Source of the DNA: Mobula birostris
Lineage: Eukaryota
Length of the DNA stretch: 64,000 bases
Assembly (NCBI RefSeq): GCF_030028105.1
Contig: NC_092379.1
Coordinates: forward strand, 28,947,821 to 29,011,820
Direction: 5' to 3'
This document shows, piece after piece, positions 62,850 to 64,000 of the stretch. Numbering within the stretch: the stretch's first letter is position 1; every line of letters starts with the position of its first letter. The position numbers and the translations under genes are program-made. The notes beneath the pieces were generated by a model, which saw only the letters and a program-made list of their open reading frames with translations, ran no database searches and was not told the origin of the DNA.

Positions 62850-62888
62850 AGTTTTTGTCCGGACCCGCCGTCTCCATACAACAATGTG
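62850..62888 (-). other. 23-RSS of V segment A10
   Basis: CACATTG (62882-62888), 23-bp spacer, ACAAAAACT (62850-62858). Confidence 0.9.
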
Positions 62889-63308
62889 GTACTCATTGCA
62901 CAGAGATACCTGCCCGAGTCCGACACGAGAACTTCACTAATGTTCAATTGAGCCGTCTTGCTGACTCTCTGCAAACTAGCGGTAAACCGATTATTTCGAT
63001 GCATTCCTCCAGTGCTAGATACCTTCAGCAAATACTTTGGCGGTTCTCCACTATGTTGAATGTACCAAAAGCTATATGCAGCATCGTCAGTGTAATTACA
63101 GTTCAGTGTAATGTTCTGTCCTTCCTTGGCCGTTAAGTCGGGAGGATCCTGCGTTACTGAATCTTTCCCACTCGCTCCTGCAATAAAGGACAGAATACAT
63201 CAACAACGCCGGCTTGTATTGAACGCCGGGGAAATTCGCTGGCCATCTTCGCAGAAACTCACCAGGCAGCACAGCCAATGCGATCATTAATAAACAGAGG
63301 GAAATCAT
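62889..63308 (-). CDS. TRAV: TCR alpha/delta-type V segment A10, intact (leader 63263-63308, V exon 62889-63177)
   Basis: MISLCLLMIALAVLP-G; GASGKDSVTQDPPDLTAKEGQNITLNCNYTDDAAYSFWYIQHSGEPPKYLLKVSSTGGMHRNNRFTASLQRVSKTAQLNISEVLVSDSGRYLCAMST; RSS. Confidence 0.92.
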
Positions 63309-64000
63309 GGTGCCTAATTTCTGGCTGAATCCAACGGCAGATGCCTTCCAGGACGTGATTATCACTCAATAGATATTGGGGTGTGAGGCCTTTTCAGCGA
63401 TACCTTTCACCTTATGTAATAGCAGGAGCGTTTTCCTGGTTAAAGGACTTGGCTGACACGATAAACCGAGACTTTGTGAGCACCAATCAGAATCTGTTTT
63501 TCTCATACGTCATTCTGCCTGTTTCTCCGCTATTTCAATGCCCCGCGTTCCTCTCTCTCTCTCACTCTCTCGCTCGCTCGCTCTCTCTCTCTCTCGTTCT
63601 TTCTCTGTCTGCCCTACTGCCTTTGTTACCCGGTTATCTGCAGAATCGCAACATATTCAAACACTTATCAAAGTGTAATCATACTCAATTAGGCACTTTC
63701 CACATGGTCGTTTCTTCGACATCGACAGTATCCCGCTAGAAGTAGCTCATTTATTTATTTGTTTGTTTAGTTAGTTATTCGGTGATATATCCCACAATAA
63801 TCCCTTAGTTCAACATTTTTCAATCTTCCGGCATTGAACTAGTTATTCAATGCCAGCAAGTGTTCATCTAGTTTTCGTTTGCTGTTGCGGAGCCAATCTG
63901 CTATCCACGCCAATAGACTCCTGAAAGCACACTTTGCGTCGCCAGCGCTCTCTTCGTTCAAAAAAAAATAGTCACATTTGCATGCCCCTTGTAATTATTT

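Noticed and set aside
63976-63983. Ig octamer ATTTGCAT
   Set aside because: About 670 bp from the ATG, and the paralog at ~3497 reads ATCTGCAT; other octamer matches lie in coding or spacer DNA.

Overview
Eukaryotic (jawed-vertebrate) DNA: part of a T-cell receptor alpha/delta-type variable (V) gene array, most likely from a cartilaginous fish (probably a batoid; inferred from V sequence style and the CR1/Penelope/Rex repeat content, not verified). All clear V segments are on the minus strand, each with a 46-nt leader exon, a ~85-bp phase-1 intron, a V exon and a 23-bp-spacer RSS. No D, J, C or credible 12-RSS is visible. Five segments have open V reading frames: 2438-2857, 22359-22781 and 62889-63308 look fully intact, 40286-40687 has an in-frame 7-aa FR1 deletion, and 48156-48578 has a GC splice donor. 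About 16 pseudogenes or fragments from several V lineages are arranged in a recurring A-B-C cassette, amplified by segmental duplications and interrupted by CR1, Penelope-like (with hammerhead ribozymes), Rex-like and RTE retroelements. The most notable unexplained signal is a fixed-geometry module 3' of nearly every RSS: a co-oriented CTCF-like motif 12-25 bp past the nonamer, then a CACGTG E-box ~46-49 bp further. It is kept across divergent families and even in dead pseudogenes. Alignments and counts were done by eye; coordinates of degenerate elements are approximate.
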